In this document: piece after piece, positions 8,853-18,204 of the stretch
Layout: each line of letters opens with the position of its first letter
Position numbering within the stretch: position 1 is the stretch's first letter
Assembly: GCA_035305805.1 (NCBI GenBank)
Contig: DATGOR010000289.1
Span: forward strand, 1 to 30,477
Origin: Vicingaceae bacterium
GTDB taxonomy: Bacteria; Bacteroidota; Bacteroidia; Flavobacteriales_E; Vicingaceae
Length of the DNA stretch: 30,477 bases
Direction: 5' to 3'
The notes under the pieces: model-generated
Database searches by the model: none
Told to the model about the DNA's origin: nothing
What the model saw: the letters and a program-made list of their open reading frames with translations, nothing else
Position numbers and translations under genes: made by a program

Positions 8853-10787
8853 ATGAGATTATTAATTATAATATTTTGCTTTTTCTTGCCATTAATAGGA
8901 ATTACCCAAAATTTTCCTGATGAGGTGAATGAGCTAATTGAAAAATACCCATCAGAAAACTTAGTGGGATTGTCATTAGTTGAAAACATAACCATCACAA
9001 TATCAAAAGAAAATGAGATAGAAATCACATCAGACTTCATGGAAGAAAAAATTTATTTGCAAGAAAATGCAAATATGTATTCTGAAGAAAAAGTTGATGG
9101 TTCTTTTTTTCACGAAGTGTCCAATATAGAAGCATCCTCATTTGTATTTGAAAAAAACAAATATAAAGAATTCAAGGTGTCAGATTTTAAAATAAATGAC
9201 AAGTTAAATTCAAGCATTTTTCATGATGATTCAAAAGAATATTCTTTTTATTTTTCTAACTTATCTAAAGGAGCAAAAACCAAATTGTCTTATAAAACAA
9301 CTATAAAAAATCCAAGATTTCTTCACGCACTTTTTTTTAAAAATTACTACCCTATAAAAAATCTAACTTTTACCATCACAGTAGATGATAACATTGATTT
9401 AGACTTTAAATACTTTAACTTTTCAGACTTTGATGCAAAATATGAATTAGTAACCAAAAAAAATAAAAAGATATACACCTGGAATTTGAAAGATGTGCCT
9501 AAATCAAAATATGAAGAAAACTCTCCTTCATTTTATTATAATATCCCACATGTTATACCAGTTATTAAATCGTATAGTATTAAAAATACAACAACTCCAC
9601 TTCTAGAAACATCATCTGATCTTTATAAATGGTACTTTTCATTATCAGAAGAAATATACAATAACAATGATACTATTGCTGAATTAAAACAGTTGGTTGA
9701 TAGTTTAACTCAAGGTATGAATTCTGATACAGAAAAATTAAAAGTTATCTATTATTGGGTTCAAGAACATATTAAGTACATTGCTTTTGAAAGTGGATTA
9801 GGAGGTTTTGTGCCAAGAAAGGCTTCCACGGTATTCTCAAATAGGTTTGGAGACTGTAAAGACAATTCGAGTATATTGTTTGAGATGTTAAAATATGTTG
9901 GTATAAAAAGTTATTTAACTTGGGTAGGTACACGAAGGCTTCCTTATGGTTATTCGGAGCTACCTTCACCAAAAGTAGATAATCACATGATAAATACATG
10001 TATTATCGACTCTAATTATTATTATCTTGATGCAACCGGAAGATTTTTAAAATTAGGGCAAAACCCTTCTTTTATTCAAGGTAAAGAGGTTTTAATTGGG
10101 ATTGACAGCACTAATCACCTAATAAAAAAAATTCCTAGAACTCAAGCATCATTTAATTACAGTTCAGACTCACTGGATTTGGAATTAAAAGGGATGTCTG
10201 TTTTTGGTAAATGTAAACATTACCTAGATGGATATACTAAAATAGGATTGTTCAATCAATTAGAGTCAATAAATAAAGATGAGACATTAAAAAAATACTA
10301 TAGGAGTTATGCCAAAAAAGGCAACAATAAATTTATTATTAATGATTTCCAAGAAATAAACAAGTATAGTTATGATGATCCATTTATTCTTATTTATAAC
10401 TTTAATATTGATAATTATATAACAACATCCGATAATCATATGTACATCAATCTCACATTACATAAAGATATCCTACCAGAAAAAATTAAAAGTGACCGAG
10501 AGCTTCCGATAGAAATGGAATATGGATTTACAAAGAAGTATTTTTATAAACTAAGTATTCCAGAAAATTACGAGGTTGAGTTTCTGCCAAATAATTTATC
10601 ATTTAATGAAAACGAATTGTCTTATACTATTTCATATAAAATGGTGGATAATACAATTATTTACGAGGCCAGCATTACATGTAATAAATTAATAGTAAAA
10701 CCATCAGAATTTGATATTTGGAATTCTTTTGCTAAAGAATTACAAAATGCATCAAAAGAGTTAATTGTATTCAAACTAAAACAATAA
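8853..10787 (+). CDS. DUF3857 + transglutaminase-like domain protein with intact catalytic triad
   Basis: Signal peptide MRLLIIIFCFFLPLIGIT|Q; YYWVQEHIKY, FGDCKD (Cys codon 9855), DNHMI (His codon 9984), YLDAT (Asp codon 10029); C-terminal DUF3858-like sandwich; ATG 8853 lies 4 nt after the upstream stop. Confidence 0.8.
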   Translation: MRLLIIIFCFFLPLIGITQNFPDEVNELIEKYPSENLVGLSLVENITITISKENEIEITSDFMEEKIYLQENANMYSEEKVDGSFFHEVSNIEASSFVFEKNKYKEFKVSDFKINDKLNSSIFHDDSKEYSFYFSNLSKGAKTKLSYKTTIKNPRFLHALFFKNYYPIKNLTFTITVDDNIDLDFKYFNFSDFDAKYELVTKKNKKIYTWNLKDVPKSKYEENSPSFYYNIPHVIPVIKSYSIKNTTTPLLETSSDLYKWYFSLSEEIYNNNDTIAELKQLVDSLTQGMNSDTEKLKVIYYWVQEHIKYIAFESGLGGFVPRKASTVFSNRFGDCKDNSSILFEMLKYVGIKSYLTWVGTRRLPYGYSELPSPKVDNHMINTCIIDSNYYYLDATGRFLKLGQNPSFIQGKEVLIGIDSTNHLIKKIPRTQASFNYSSDSLDLELKGMSVFGKCKHYLDGYTKIGLFNQLESINKDETLKKYYRSYAKKGNNKFIINDFQEINKYSYDDPFILIYNFNIDNYITTSDNHMYINLTLHKDILPEKIKSDRELPIEMEYGFTKKYFYKLSIPENYEVEFLPNNLSFNENELSYTISYKMVDNTIIYEASITCNKLIVKPSEFDIWNSFAKELQNASKELIVFKLKQ

Positions 10788-10789
10788 AT

Positions 10790-12772
10790 ATGAAACACCT
10801 ATTAAATATATTAATCCTTGTAACTTCAATAGCAACACAAGCACAGCACACTCCATTTTATAAATTATATGATTGGGAAAATGATATTTCATCACTTACT
10901 AGTTACAGAGATTCACTACCTGAAGAAGAATTAATATACATCAAAAACCTTTCATCGTTTGAATTTTCATATAAAAAAGTAGAAAATAACCCACTAACAC
11001 AATACGTCTTAATACACAAAAGTATATTATTAAGAAGCGATAATGCTATTGAAGAAAACAACAAAGTTTATATTAGTTTTAATGAAAATACCTCTATATT
11101 AACAACTAAAGCTAGAGTAATTACCCCATCTAATAAGATTATTGAACTTGATTCATCTAAAATTTTAACTGCTGTAGATGAAAATACTAACACTACCTAT
11201 AAGTATTTCGCATTTGAAGGAATTGAAAAAGGCTCCATTGTTGAATATTACTACGTTATAGAAAAAAAACCTTTTTATGAAGGCTCCTACATAACCTATC
11301 AAGAAAACCATGCTATTTACAATTATACTTTTCAACTAATTTCCCCTGACAATCTTGTGTTTAAATTTAAAACGCTAAACACAACAGATACCATAACTTC
11401 AGATACTCTTGAAAATGGAAAATGGAATTATCATCTAGAAAAAAAATATGTGCCTGCATTAAAATGGGAAAACAACACAAGTTATGAAACCAAGCTACAA
11501 TCATTATTATTTAAACTAGATAAGAACACTTATACTGGAACCAACGATATATCCTCCTATAGTGGATTAATTCAAAGTCTTTATAAATTTATTTACAGTG
11601 ATATTGATGATAATACTAAGTTAGTTTCTAAATTTTTAAAACAAACTGACATTAAAAAATCAGCAACAACGCAAGAAAAAATTGTTGCTATTGAAGATTT
11701 TATTAAAAAAAATATTGTGCTCAGTAGTAATAACTCCATTCAACAGCACTATGAACTAGACTATATAATATCTAACAAAATAGGTAATGATTATGGTGTG
11801 CTTAAACTCTATAGCCAGATATTTAACCATTTAGATATAGAAACAGAATTAGTACTAACTTGTGATCGCTTTGAAAAAAAATTCGATGAAACTTTTGAAG
11901 CTTCCACTTTCCTTGAGGACTATCTAATATATTTTCCAGAAGAAGACCAATACTTATCACCTACAAATTTGGCATCTAGGTATGGAGTACCCACCTATAT
12001 TTATACACATAACTATGGATTATTCATAAAAGAAGTTAGCTTAAACGGTTTTAAAACTGCTATAGGTTCAATCAAATTTATTGAAGCTATTCCTTATGAT
12101 AAAACAGCTAATAAAATGTTTATAGATGTTTCTTTTGATAAAGACAATATGTTAAATCAGAAAATTTCTATTAAACAGGAGTTGTCAAGCTATTATGCAA
12201 AAGACATACAGCCTTTTTATTATTTAATTACAGGAGAGAACAGAGAAAACCTCCACAAGCAAATGTTCACCAATATAAATAGCGAATTAGAACCTCAAAA
12301 TATTAGAGTTTCTAACCATAATTCTTATGATTTAGGTAGAAAACCTTTTACTATTGAAGCAGATTTTGAAACCGATGTGTTTATTGAGAAAGCAGGTAAC
12401 AAAGTAGTTTTTGAAATGGGAAACCTAATAGGGCCTCAGGTTCAAATTTATGATAGTTTTGAAAGAACATTGCCCGTTGAATTAGAGTTTGGTAGATATT
12501 ACTATCGAAATATTGCTATTAATCTTCCTGAAGGATATAATTTAATTAATGCAAATGATATAAATATTAATAATGTGTTTATTGAAAATGGAGATACCAC
12601 AATGGCTTTCATCTCTAGCTATACCTTAAAAGATGATAAATTGATAGTATTGTGTGAAGAGTATTATAAAAATATTGACATTCCCGTTGAACAATATCAA
12701 GAATACAGAAAAGTAATTAATAGTGCCGCAGATTTTAATAAAATAAAGTTAATTTTTGAACCAAAACAATAA
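10790..12772 (+). CDS. DUF3857-family paralog with a degenerate transglutaminase-like core (pseudo-enzyme)
   Basis: Signal peptide ending TQA|Q; same layout (IEKGSIVEYYY, IEDFIKKNI, C-terminal PEGY...EEYY...YRKVINSAADFN); triad positions read GND, LEDYL and YLSPT. Confidence 0.72.
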   Translation: MKHLLNILILVTSIATQAQHTPFYKLYDWENDISSLTSYRDSLPEEELIYIKNLSSFEFSYKKVENNPLTQYVLIHKSILLRSDNAIEENNKVYISFNENTSILTTKARVITPSNKIIELDSSKILTAVDENTNTTYKYFAFEGIEKGSIVEYYYVIEKKPFYEGSYITYQENHAIYNYTFQLISPDNLVFKFKTLNTTDTITSDTLENGKWNYHLEKKYVPALKWENNTSYETKLQSLLFKLDKNTYTGTNDISSYSGLIQSLYKFIYSDIDDNTKLVSKFLKQTDIKKSATTQEKIVAIEDFIKKNIVLSSNNSIQQHYELDYIISNKIGNDYGVLKLYSQIFNHLDIETELVLTCDRFEKKFDETFEASTFLEDYLIYFPEEDQYLSPTNLASRYGVPTYIYTHNYGLFIKEVSLNGFKTAIGSIKFIEAIPYDKTANKMFIDVSFDKDNMLNQKISIKQELSSYYAKDIQPFYYLITGENRENLHKQMFTNINSELEPQNIRVSNHNSYDLGRKPFTIEADFETDVFIEKAGNKVVFEMGNLIGPQVQIYDSFERTLPVELEFGRYYYRNIAINLPEGYNLINANDININNVFIENGDTTMAFISSYTLKDDKLIVLCEEYYKNIDIPVEQYQEYRKVINSAADFNKIKLIFEPKQ

Positions 12773-13360
12773 TTACTTCCTATAAGCCAAAAGTTTTTCT
12801 ACGTACTTGCCAATAATGTCAAACTCAAGGTTTACAGTATCTCCCGGTTTTAGTGTTTTAAATGAGGTGTGTTCAAAGGTATAAGGAATAATACATACAG
12901 AGAAATTATTGGTGGTTGAGTTAACTACAGTTAAACTTACACCATTAATGGTAATAGATCCTTTTTCAACCGTAATGTGTCCTTTTGCTTCGTGGGCGAT
13001 GGTAAACATCCAACTGCCATTTTCGTCTGTAATGGATTCACAAACACCTGTTTGATCAACATGCCCTTGAACTACATGGCCATCAAATCGACCGTTGGCA
13101 GCCATGGCTCTTTCCAAGTTAACTAAACTGCCAACAACTAAATCTCCCAAGTTGGTTTTGGCTAACGTTTCTTTAATGGCAGTAACCTTGTAAACATCAT
13201 CAACAATATCAACTACCGTAAGACAAACTCCATTGTGAGCAACACTTTGGTCAATTTTAAGCTCATTGGTAAGACGACTTTTTACTGAAAAATGAATGTT
13301 ATTGCCTTCTTTTTCAATGCTGATAATTTCCCCTAAATCTTCAATAATTCCTGTAAACAT
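12773..13360 (-). CDS. ribE: Riboflavin synthase (alpha chain)
   Basis: MFTGII N-terminus, SVAHNGVCLTV, VNLERA, GHVVQGHVD, KGSITINGVSLTV, VNLEFD; called ribC in E. coli nomenclature. Confidence 0.97.
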   Translation of the reverse strand: MFTGIIEDLGEIISIEKEGNNIHFSVKSRLTNELKIDQSVAHNGVCLTVVDIVDDVYKVTAIKETLAKTNLGDLVVGSLVNLERAMAANGRFDGHVVQGHVDQTGVCESITDENGSWMFTIAHEAKGHITVEKGSITINGVSLTVVNSTTNNFSVCIIPYTFEHTSFKTLKPGDTVNLEFDIIGKYVEKLLAYRK

Positions 13361-13361
13361 A

Positions 13362-15944
13362 CTATGGTTTTGAAATTCCTTTATTTCTTAGCAAAGTTAC
13401 AAATCCTTTAATTAAGCGAGGTTTTATCCCCTCAAGGGTGATTTCATTTACTTTACATAAATAATAATAGGTGCCGTCCGGAACTGCTGTTCCGCTTTCT
13501 TGGTGAGTACCATCCCATTTAAAGTCGGGTTCGGTAGTTTGATAAATCACTTGTCCCCAACGATTATAAACCTCCAAATCTATAGAGGAAACATATTTAA
13601 ATGGAAATGCTTGAAAAAAATCATTCATACCATCACCTCCGGGTGTAAATATATTAGGAAGATTATAACTAGGGCAGTTATCTACACAAACAGAATCGCT
13701 AAAAACACTTTCATTGCCAACGGAGTCTATCCCTGTTATCACATAACACCCGGCTATAGAAAACAAACTGGTATGTAGATAGTTGGAAACATTATTATCG
13801 TTGATAGTTGTAATTAATTCGTATTCACCTTCTAAACTGTCTTTTTTATAGATATTAAAACTTAGCACATCATCAGCACAGGTACTAAAAAAGGTTTGCC
13901 AGTTTAATTCGTTTTGCTGTAGTTCACAATCTGCATCTACTGTTAAAACAGGAGGACATGGAATTACATTGTCAACAGGTTCGCCACAAATTTCTTGTGA
14001 GTAGTTAATGATAGGAGAGATAATGTTGGGAGAAGAGTAACCTCCTATGCTTTTAACTTTATAACAGTAAGTGTTTAAGTTAGACAAGCCGGAGTCAATG
14101 TAAGTAGCATTAGACGTAATGTCTAAGGAATCAAAGTTGAGAGTAATGGGGTTTTGTTTGTAAATGACATGTTGGGTATTTGCCCAAGGCACATTTTCAT
14201 TCCAAACTAATGTTAATTGATTGTCGGAAGGAATCAATGTAAGATAAATAGATGAAGCAACAGTAGATTTCCCCATTAATTCTCGAGTATTATTGGTTAG
14301 ATTGTAAATGTCAATACGGTAGTAATACTGAAAATCTTTGGTGTTGAGGTTGATGTCGGTATAAGTAGTATCGTTTATACTTGCCGTAGAGTCTATCAGT
14401 ACCATGTTGGTTGAATTTTGAGTCCCTCTGTAAATTAAATAACGATAAGGTCCCGGATAAATATTTGTATCATGTTCTGTTGGCTTAGACCACTCCACAT
14501 AAATATCTCCGGTACTAATGTCTGTAGAATTTACACTTACATGCGTTATGATAGGGACATTTTTCTTTAACTGCCCACAAGCTTCATCGGAAGCAATACT
14601 TTTGGCTCCATCAGGATAAATGGCATAAACTCGGTAGCAATAATCTTCACCGGGAATTAATCCCTGTCCCTGATTATTGTCTGTATAAGAAGTGTCGTTA
14701 ACACTGCTCGTTTGTCCAATATATTGATAACCTGCTATGGTAGGAATACCTGTTTCGCATGTGCTTGGATTCCAAGTGGAATTTCCTCGCCTTCTATAAA
14801 CATGATATCCAATGGCATTAGTGCAAGTTGGGCTCCAATCTAATTTAATGGAGTTGGGTTGTACGGTAGTAGTTAGGTTCTGAATTTTAGGGCCGATTAC
14901 TCTTATGGTAGTAGTTTGATAATCAACTAAATTTGTAGTATAAGAATCTGTCGCTTTAAAACTAACGTAATAAGGTGTTTTTCTAACATTAGAGCAGTTG
15001 GTTGCCCAATTAAACAATCCTGATGTAGAGGTAGAAGGAGCAGTAGTTTGCTGAAAAATAGCTGAATTGGGCAAGTTATAAGGTATTCCGGTAGAAGTTA
15101 AAGTAACTGCTGAACTTCCTGTGGCAGTAACGTTAATATTTAAAGTGTTTCCGGCAACAATACAAGTGTCTGCTACGGCAGTAATATTAGGGGGTGGTGG
15201 ACACCCTGCCACAACTGTAATCTGCATATCTCGCAAAATAGCTCCTATCCGTTTTCCATTTCTAAACTCTTCAATTAAGATAGCAATGTTGTATTCCCCT
15301 ACCATTGTTGGAGCATTCCATATTAAATCTCCGTTGGAACTATTGATGGTTAAAAAATTTGATGCATTAGGTAGTGTATATCCCGGAATTTGAGCACCCC
15401 CCTGTGCACGACTTCTGTCGATAGAGTAATACAAACTGTCTCCATCAGGATCAACTGCTCCCGGGTTGTGAATGTATATCTGATTTACACACGCATTATC
15501 AATGGGGGGATTTAATAATTGTGGAGAATTGTTTACCCCTTGAAAAGGATTAATGTAAAGTTGTGTTTCTAAATAAAAAACAATGTTTACCGAGTTAGGA
15601 ATATTAATAATATCTTCGTTACGATTAGGGTCTTCAACACTAATGGTGTAAGGGGTTGGGCTTGGCCCGGGGTAAGTATGTTGCCCTACATAAATATTTT
15701 TTTTAATATCATTTCCTAATGGCGTTCCACTTAGTCTGGTTAATGAATCCATGGGAGAATTGTCACCCCACGAAATGGCTAATTCCGGTCTATCGGCAGG
15801 GCTAGAATCTTTGGTGTAAGTAGTTACAGTTACTTCGTAAGTTAACCCCGAAACATGGGTGTAAGAAATTTCTCCCGCACGATTGTGAGTAGCATAGGCA
15901 ACCGAAGAGATTGCTAAAAATACTATGAATAGGAGTTTTTTCAT
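13362..15944 (-). CDS. T9SS type-B cargo (gliding motility-associated C-terminal domain) surface protein with FN3/Ig-like repeats
   Basis: Signal peptide ending AYA; THNRAGEISY N-terminal motif; DPDGDSLYY; repeated Y.IYR...DT.YTD...YCY units; CTD NIFTPGGDGMND...YNRWGQ...WDG...DGTYYY...GFVTLLR. Confidence 0.85.
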   Translation of the reverse strand: MKKLLFIVFLAISSVAYATHNRAGEISYTHVSGLTYEVTVTTYTKDSSPADRPELAISWGDNSPMDSLTRLSGTPLGNDIKKNIYVGQHTYPGPSPTPYTISVEDPNRNEDIINIPNSVNIVFYLETQLYINPFQGVNNSPQLLNPPIDNACVNQIYIHNPGAVDPDGDSLYYSIDRSRAQGGAQIPGYTLPNASNFLTINSSNGDLIWNAPTMVGEYNIAILIEEFRNGKRIGAILRDMQITVVAGCPPPPNITAVADTCIVAGNTLNINVTATGSSAVTLTSTGIPYNLPNSAIFQQTTAPSTSTSGLFNWATNCSNVRKTPYYVSFKATDSYTTNLVDYQTTTIRVIGPKIQNLTTTVQPNSIKLDWSPTCTNAIGYHVYRRRGNSTWNPSTCETGIPTIAGYQYIGQTSSVNDTSYTDNNQGQGLIPGEDYCYRVYAIYPDGAKSIASDEACGQLKKNVPIITHVSVNSTDISTGDIYVEWSKPTEHDTNIYPGPYRYLIYRGTQNSTNMVLIDSTASINDTTYTDINLNTKDFQYYYRIDIYNLTNNTRELMGKSTVASSIYLTLIPSDNQLTLVWNENVPWANTQHVIYKQNPITLNFDSLDITSNATYIDSGLSNLNTYCYKVKSIGGYSSPNIISPIINYSQEICGEPVDNVIPCPPVLTVDADCELQQNELNWQTFFSTCADDVLSFNIYKKDSLEGEYELITTINDNNVSNYLHTSLFSIAGCYVITGIDSVGNESVFSDSVCVDNCPSYNLPNIFTPGGDGMNDFFQAFPFKYVSSIDLEVYNRWGQVIYQTTEPDFKWDGTHQESGTAVPDGTYYYLCKVNEITLEGIKPRLIKGFVTLLRNKGISKP

Positions 15945-16042
15945 TAAAAAAAAATCGAAATATAAAATTACGCATTTTTGATTTCATGGTATGGAATTAA
16001 CTTTAAAATACGTTAAAATCAGTAGAAAAGCATATAAAACCG

Positions 16043-16050
16043 TAATTTTG
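16043..16050 (+). promoter_or_regulatory. Candidate -7 box TAATTTTG for pyrC
   Basis: Exact TAnnTTTG, 30 nt upstream of ATG 16080; no -33 match. Confidence 0.4.
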
Positions 16051-16079
16051 ATTTTCATTAAAAATTAACTTTTCAAAGT

Positions 16080-17426
16080 ATGACTATCTTATTAAAAAAT
16101 GCCCAAATCGTTAATGAAGGCAACATTACTACAGGGCATATTCTTATTGAAAACGAAATAATTAGTCAAATTTTCAATGAACAAGATGATTTGAAACAAC
16201 TAGTTGAAAATACAGAGGTAATTGATTTAAAAGGAAAGCACGTTTTTCCGGGAGTAATTGATGATCAAGTACATTTTAGAGAACCGGGCTTAACTCACAA
16301 AGCAGAGATTTACACTGAATCTAGAGCTGCAGTAGCTGGAGGAATAACCTCATTTATGGAAATGCCTAATACGGTTCCTAACACACTCACTCAAGAACTA
16401 TTAGAAGAGAAATATGCTATTGCTGCTAAAAATTCTGCTGCCAACTACTCTTTTTTTATGGGCGCTTCTAATGATAACTTGGAGGAAGTACTTAAAACTA
16501 ATCCTAAAAATGTGTGTGGTGTAAAAATTTTTATGGGCTCCTCTACCGGCAATATGTTGGTAGATAAAAAAGAGGTATTGGAGAATATTTTTGCCAAATG
16601 CGAAATGCTTATAGCCACCCATTGTGAAGATGAAGACACCATCATTACCAATACTGAAAAATACAAAGCCAAATATGGAGAAGAGGTGCCTATGTCATGC
16701 CATCCCGAAATTAGAAGTGAAGAAGCTTGTTACAAATCTTCCTCTTTTGCGGTGGAATTAGCTAAAAAACACAATACCCGATTACATGTATTACACATTT
16801 CAACAGCCAAAGAATTAACACTTTTTGATAATACTTTGCCACTAAAAGATAAGCGTATTACTGCAGAAGCTTGTATTCACCATCTTTGGTTTTCTGATGA
16901 AGATTATGATGAAAAAGGAACACTCATTAAATGGAATCCGGCAGTAAAAACCAAAGCAGACCGAGATGCTATTTTGCAAGGGGTATTGGACAATAAAATT
17001 GATGTGATTGCTACCGACCATGCTCCACATACTTTGGAAGAAAAATCGAACAGTTATTTTAAAGCACCTTCAGGAGGTCCACTGGTACAACATGCTTTGG
17101 TAGCCATGTTAGAGCATTATCACAATGGAAAAATTAGTCTGGAAAAAATTGCTGAAAAAATGAGCCATGCTGTTGCCGATATCTTCCAGATAGAAAAAAG
17201 AGGTTATATAAAAGAAGGGTATTTTGCAGATTTAGTGGTAGTGGATTTAGATAACCCATGGACGGTTGCTAAAGAAAACTTGTTTTACAAATGCAGATGG
17301 TCTCCCTTTGAAGGGACTACTTTTAAATCGAAAGTGTTGCAAACTTTTGTAAATGGCAACTTGGTGTATAATTTTGGAGAAATAGACGATGACATCAGAG
17401 GAAAAAGATTGACATTTAATCGTTAA
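16080..17426 (+). CDS. pyrC: Dihydroorotase (multifunctional-complex type amidohydrolase)
   Basis: PGVIDDQVHFREPG, EMPNT, HCED, LHVLHIST, KWNP, IATDHAPH. Confidence 0.92.
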   Translation: MTILLKNAQIVNEGNITTGHILIENEIISQIFNEQDDLKQLVENTEVIDLKGKHVFPGVIDDQVHFREPGLTHKAEIYTESRAAVAGGITSFMEMPNTVPNTLTQELLEEKYAIAAKNSAANYSFFMGASNDNLEEVLKTNPKNVCGVKIFMGSSTGNMLVDKKEVLENIFAKCEMLIATHCEDEDTIITNTEKYKAKYGEEVPMSCHPEIRSEEACYKSSSFAVELAKKHNTRLHVLHISTAKELTLFDNTLPLKDKRITAEACIHHLWFSDEDYDEKGTLIKWNPAVKTKADRDAILQGVLDNKIDVIATDHAPHTLEEKSNSYFKAPSGGPLVQHALVAMLEHYHNGKISLEKIAEKMSHAVADIFQIEKRGYIKEGYFADLVVVDLDNPWTVAKENLFYKCRWSPFEGTTFKSKVLQTFVNGNLVYNFGEIDDDIRGKRLTFNR

Positions 17427-17437
17427 AAATTAAAAAT

Positions 17438-17590
17438 ATGAAATTAACTTTTTTAATAGTTGCTGTGCTTTTATTTTGTTCGAGCTGTAACTCCACAAAA
17501 AGCACTACTACAGAAAAAACAACCACTACTACCCCTTCCCCTACAGAAGATAAGCCTCAAATGGACTCAAGTGGAAGATATGTGAAGTAA
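17438..17590 (+). CDS. Small putative lipoprotein, 50 aa (absent from the ORF track)
   Basis: Translates MKLTFLIVAVLLFCSSCNSTKSTTTEKTTTTTPSPTEDKPQMDSSGRYVK*: positive N-terminus, hydrophobic core, lipobox-like SS|C, Thr/Ser/Pro-rich tail; starts 11 nt after the pyrC stop. Confidence 0.65.
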   Translation: MKLTFLIVAVLLFCSSCNSTKSTTTEKTTTTTPSPTEDKPQMDSSGRYVK

Positions 17591-17732
17591 GTAGTATTAT
17601 GATTATGTTGTGGACTTGTTTTTCTATATAACTGACTTAAAAGTAAAAATCTTAGATTTTAGCATCAAAACTTAAGCATCATAATTTTATACAAAAGACA
17701 TAAGCGGCTCGTCATTTTCTGTTAAGATTAAG

Positions 17733-17740
17733 TATTTTTG
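17733..17740 (+). promoter_or_regulatory. Candidate -7 box TATTTTTG for the bacilliredoxin gene
   Basis: Exact TAnnTTTG, 32 nt upstream of ATG 17772. Confidence 0.4.
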
Positions 17741-17771
17741 TAAAAAAATTATTCATTAAAAAATATAAGAT

Positions 17772-18182
17772 ATGTATCCACCAGAATTAGTAGCCCCCAT
17801 GAAAAGTGAACTTACAGAAGTAGGTTTTGAAGAATTAGTAACTCCGGACGCTGTAGATAAAGCTATTACAGCTTCAGGAACTACCTTTGTTTTAATAAAC
17901 TCTGTTTGCGGATGTGCTGCAGCCAATGCTCGTCCGGCAGCTCGTATTGCAATTACCAACGATAAACGTCCGGATAGAATAACAACTGTTTTTGCAGGCG
18001 TTGATGCTGAGGCAGTAAATCAAGCGAGAAAATACATGTTGCCTTACCCACCATCATCTCCTTCTATGGCTTTATTTAAAGATGGTAAATTGGTGCATTT
18101 TATTGAAAGGCATCATATTGAAGGAAGACCGGCAGAAATGATTGCGGAAAATTTAGCAGCAGCTTTTAACGAATATTGTTAA
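17772..18182 (+). CDS. brxA: BrxA/BrxB (YphP/YqiW) family bacilliredoxin
   Basis: MYPPELVAPM, INSVCGCAA (CGC motif), TVFAGVD, PPSSPSMALFKDG, RHHIEG. Confidence 0.9.
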   Translation: MYPPELVAPMKSELTEVGFEELVTPDAVDKAITASGTTFVLINSVCGCAAANARPAARIAITNDKRPDRITTVFAGVDAEAVNQARKYMLPYPPSSPSMALFKDGKLVHFIERHHIEGRPAEMIAENLAAAFNEYC

Positions 18183-18204
18183 TAGCAATTACTTCGTAAT
18201 TATG

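Noticed and set aside
15945-16079. PyrR-type attenuator upstream of pyrC
   Set aside because: The spacer is AT-rich with no stable stems or terminator-antiterminator pattern
17646-17660. Palindrome AAAATCT-T-AGATTTT and nearby AGCATCA direct repeat
   Set aside because: Mostly A/T and short; too likely by chance to support an operator or terminator call
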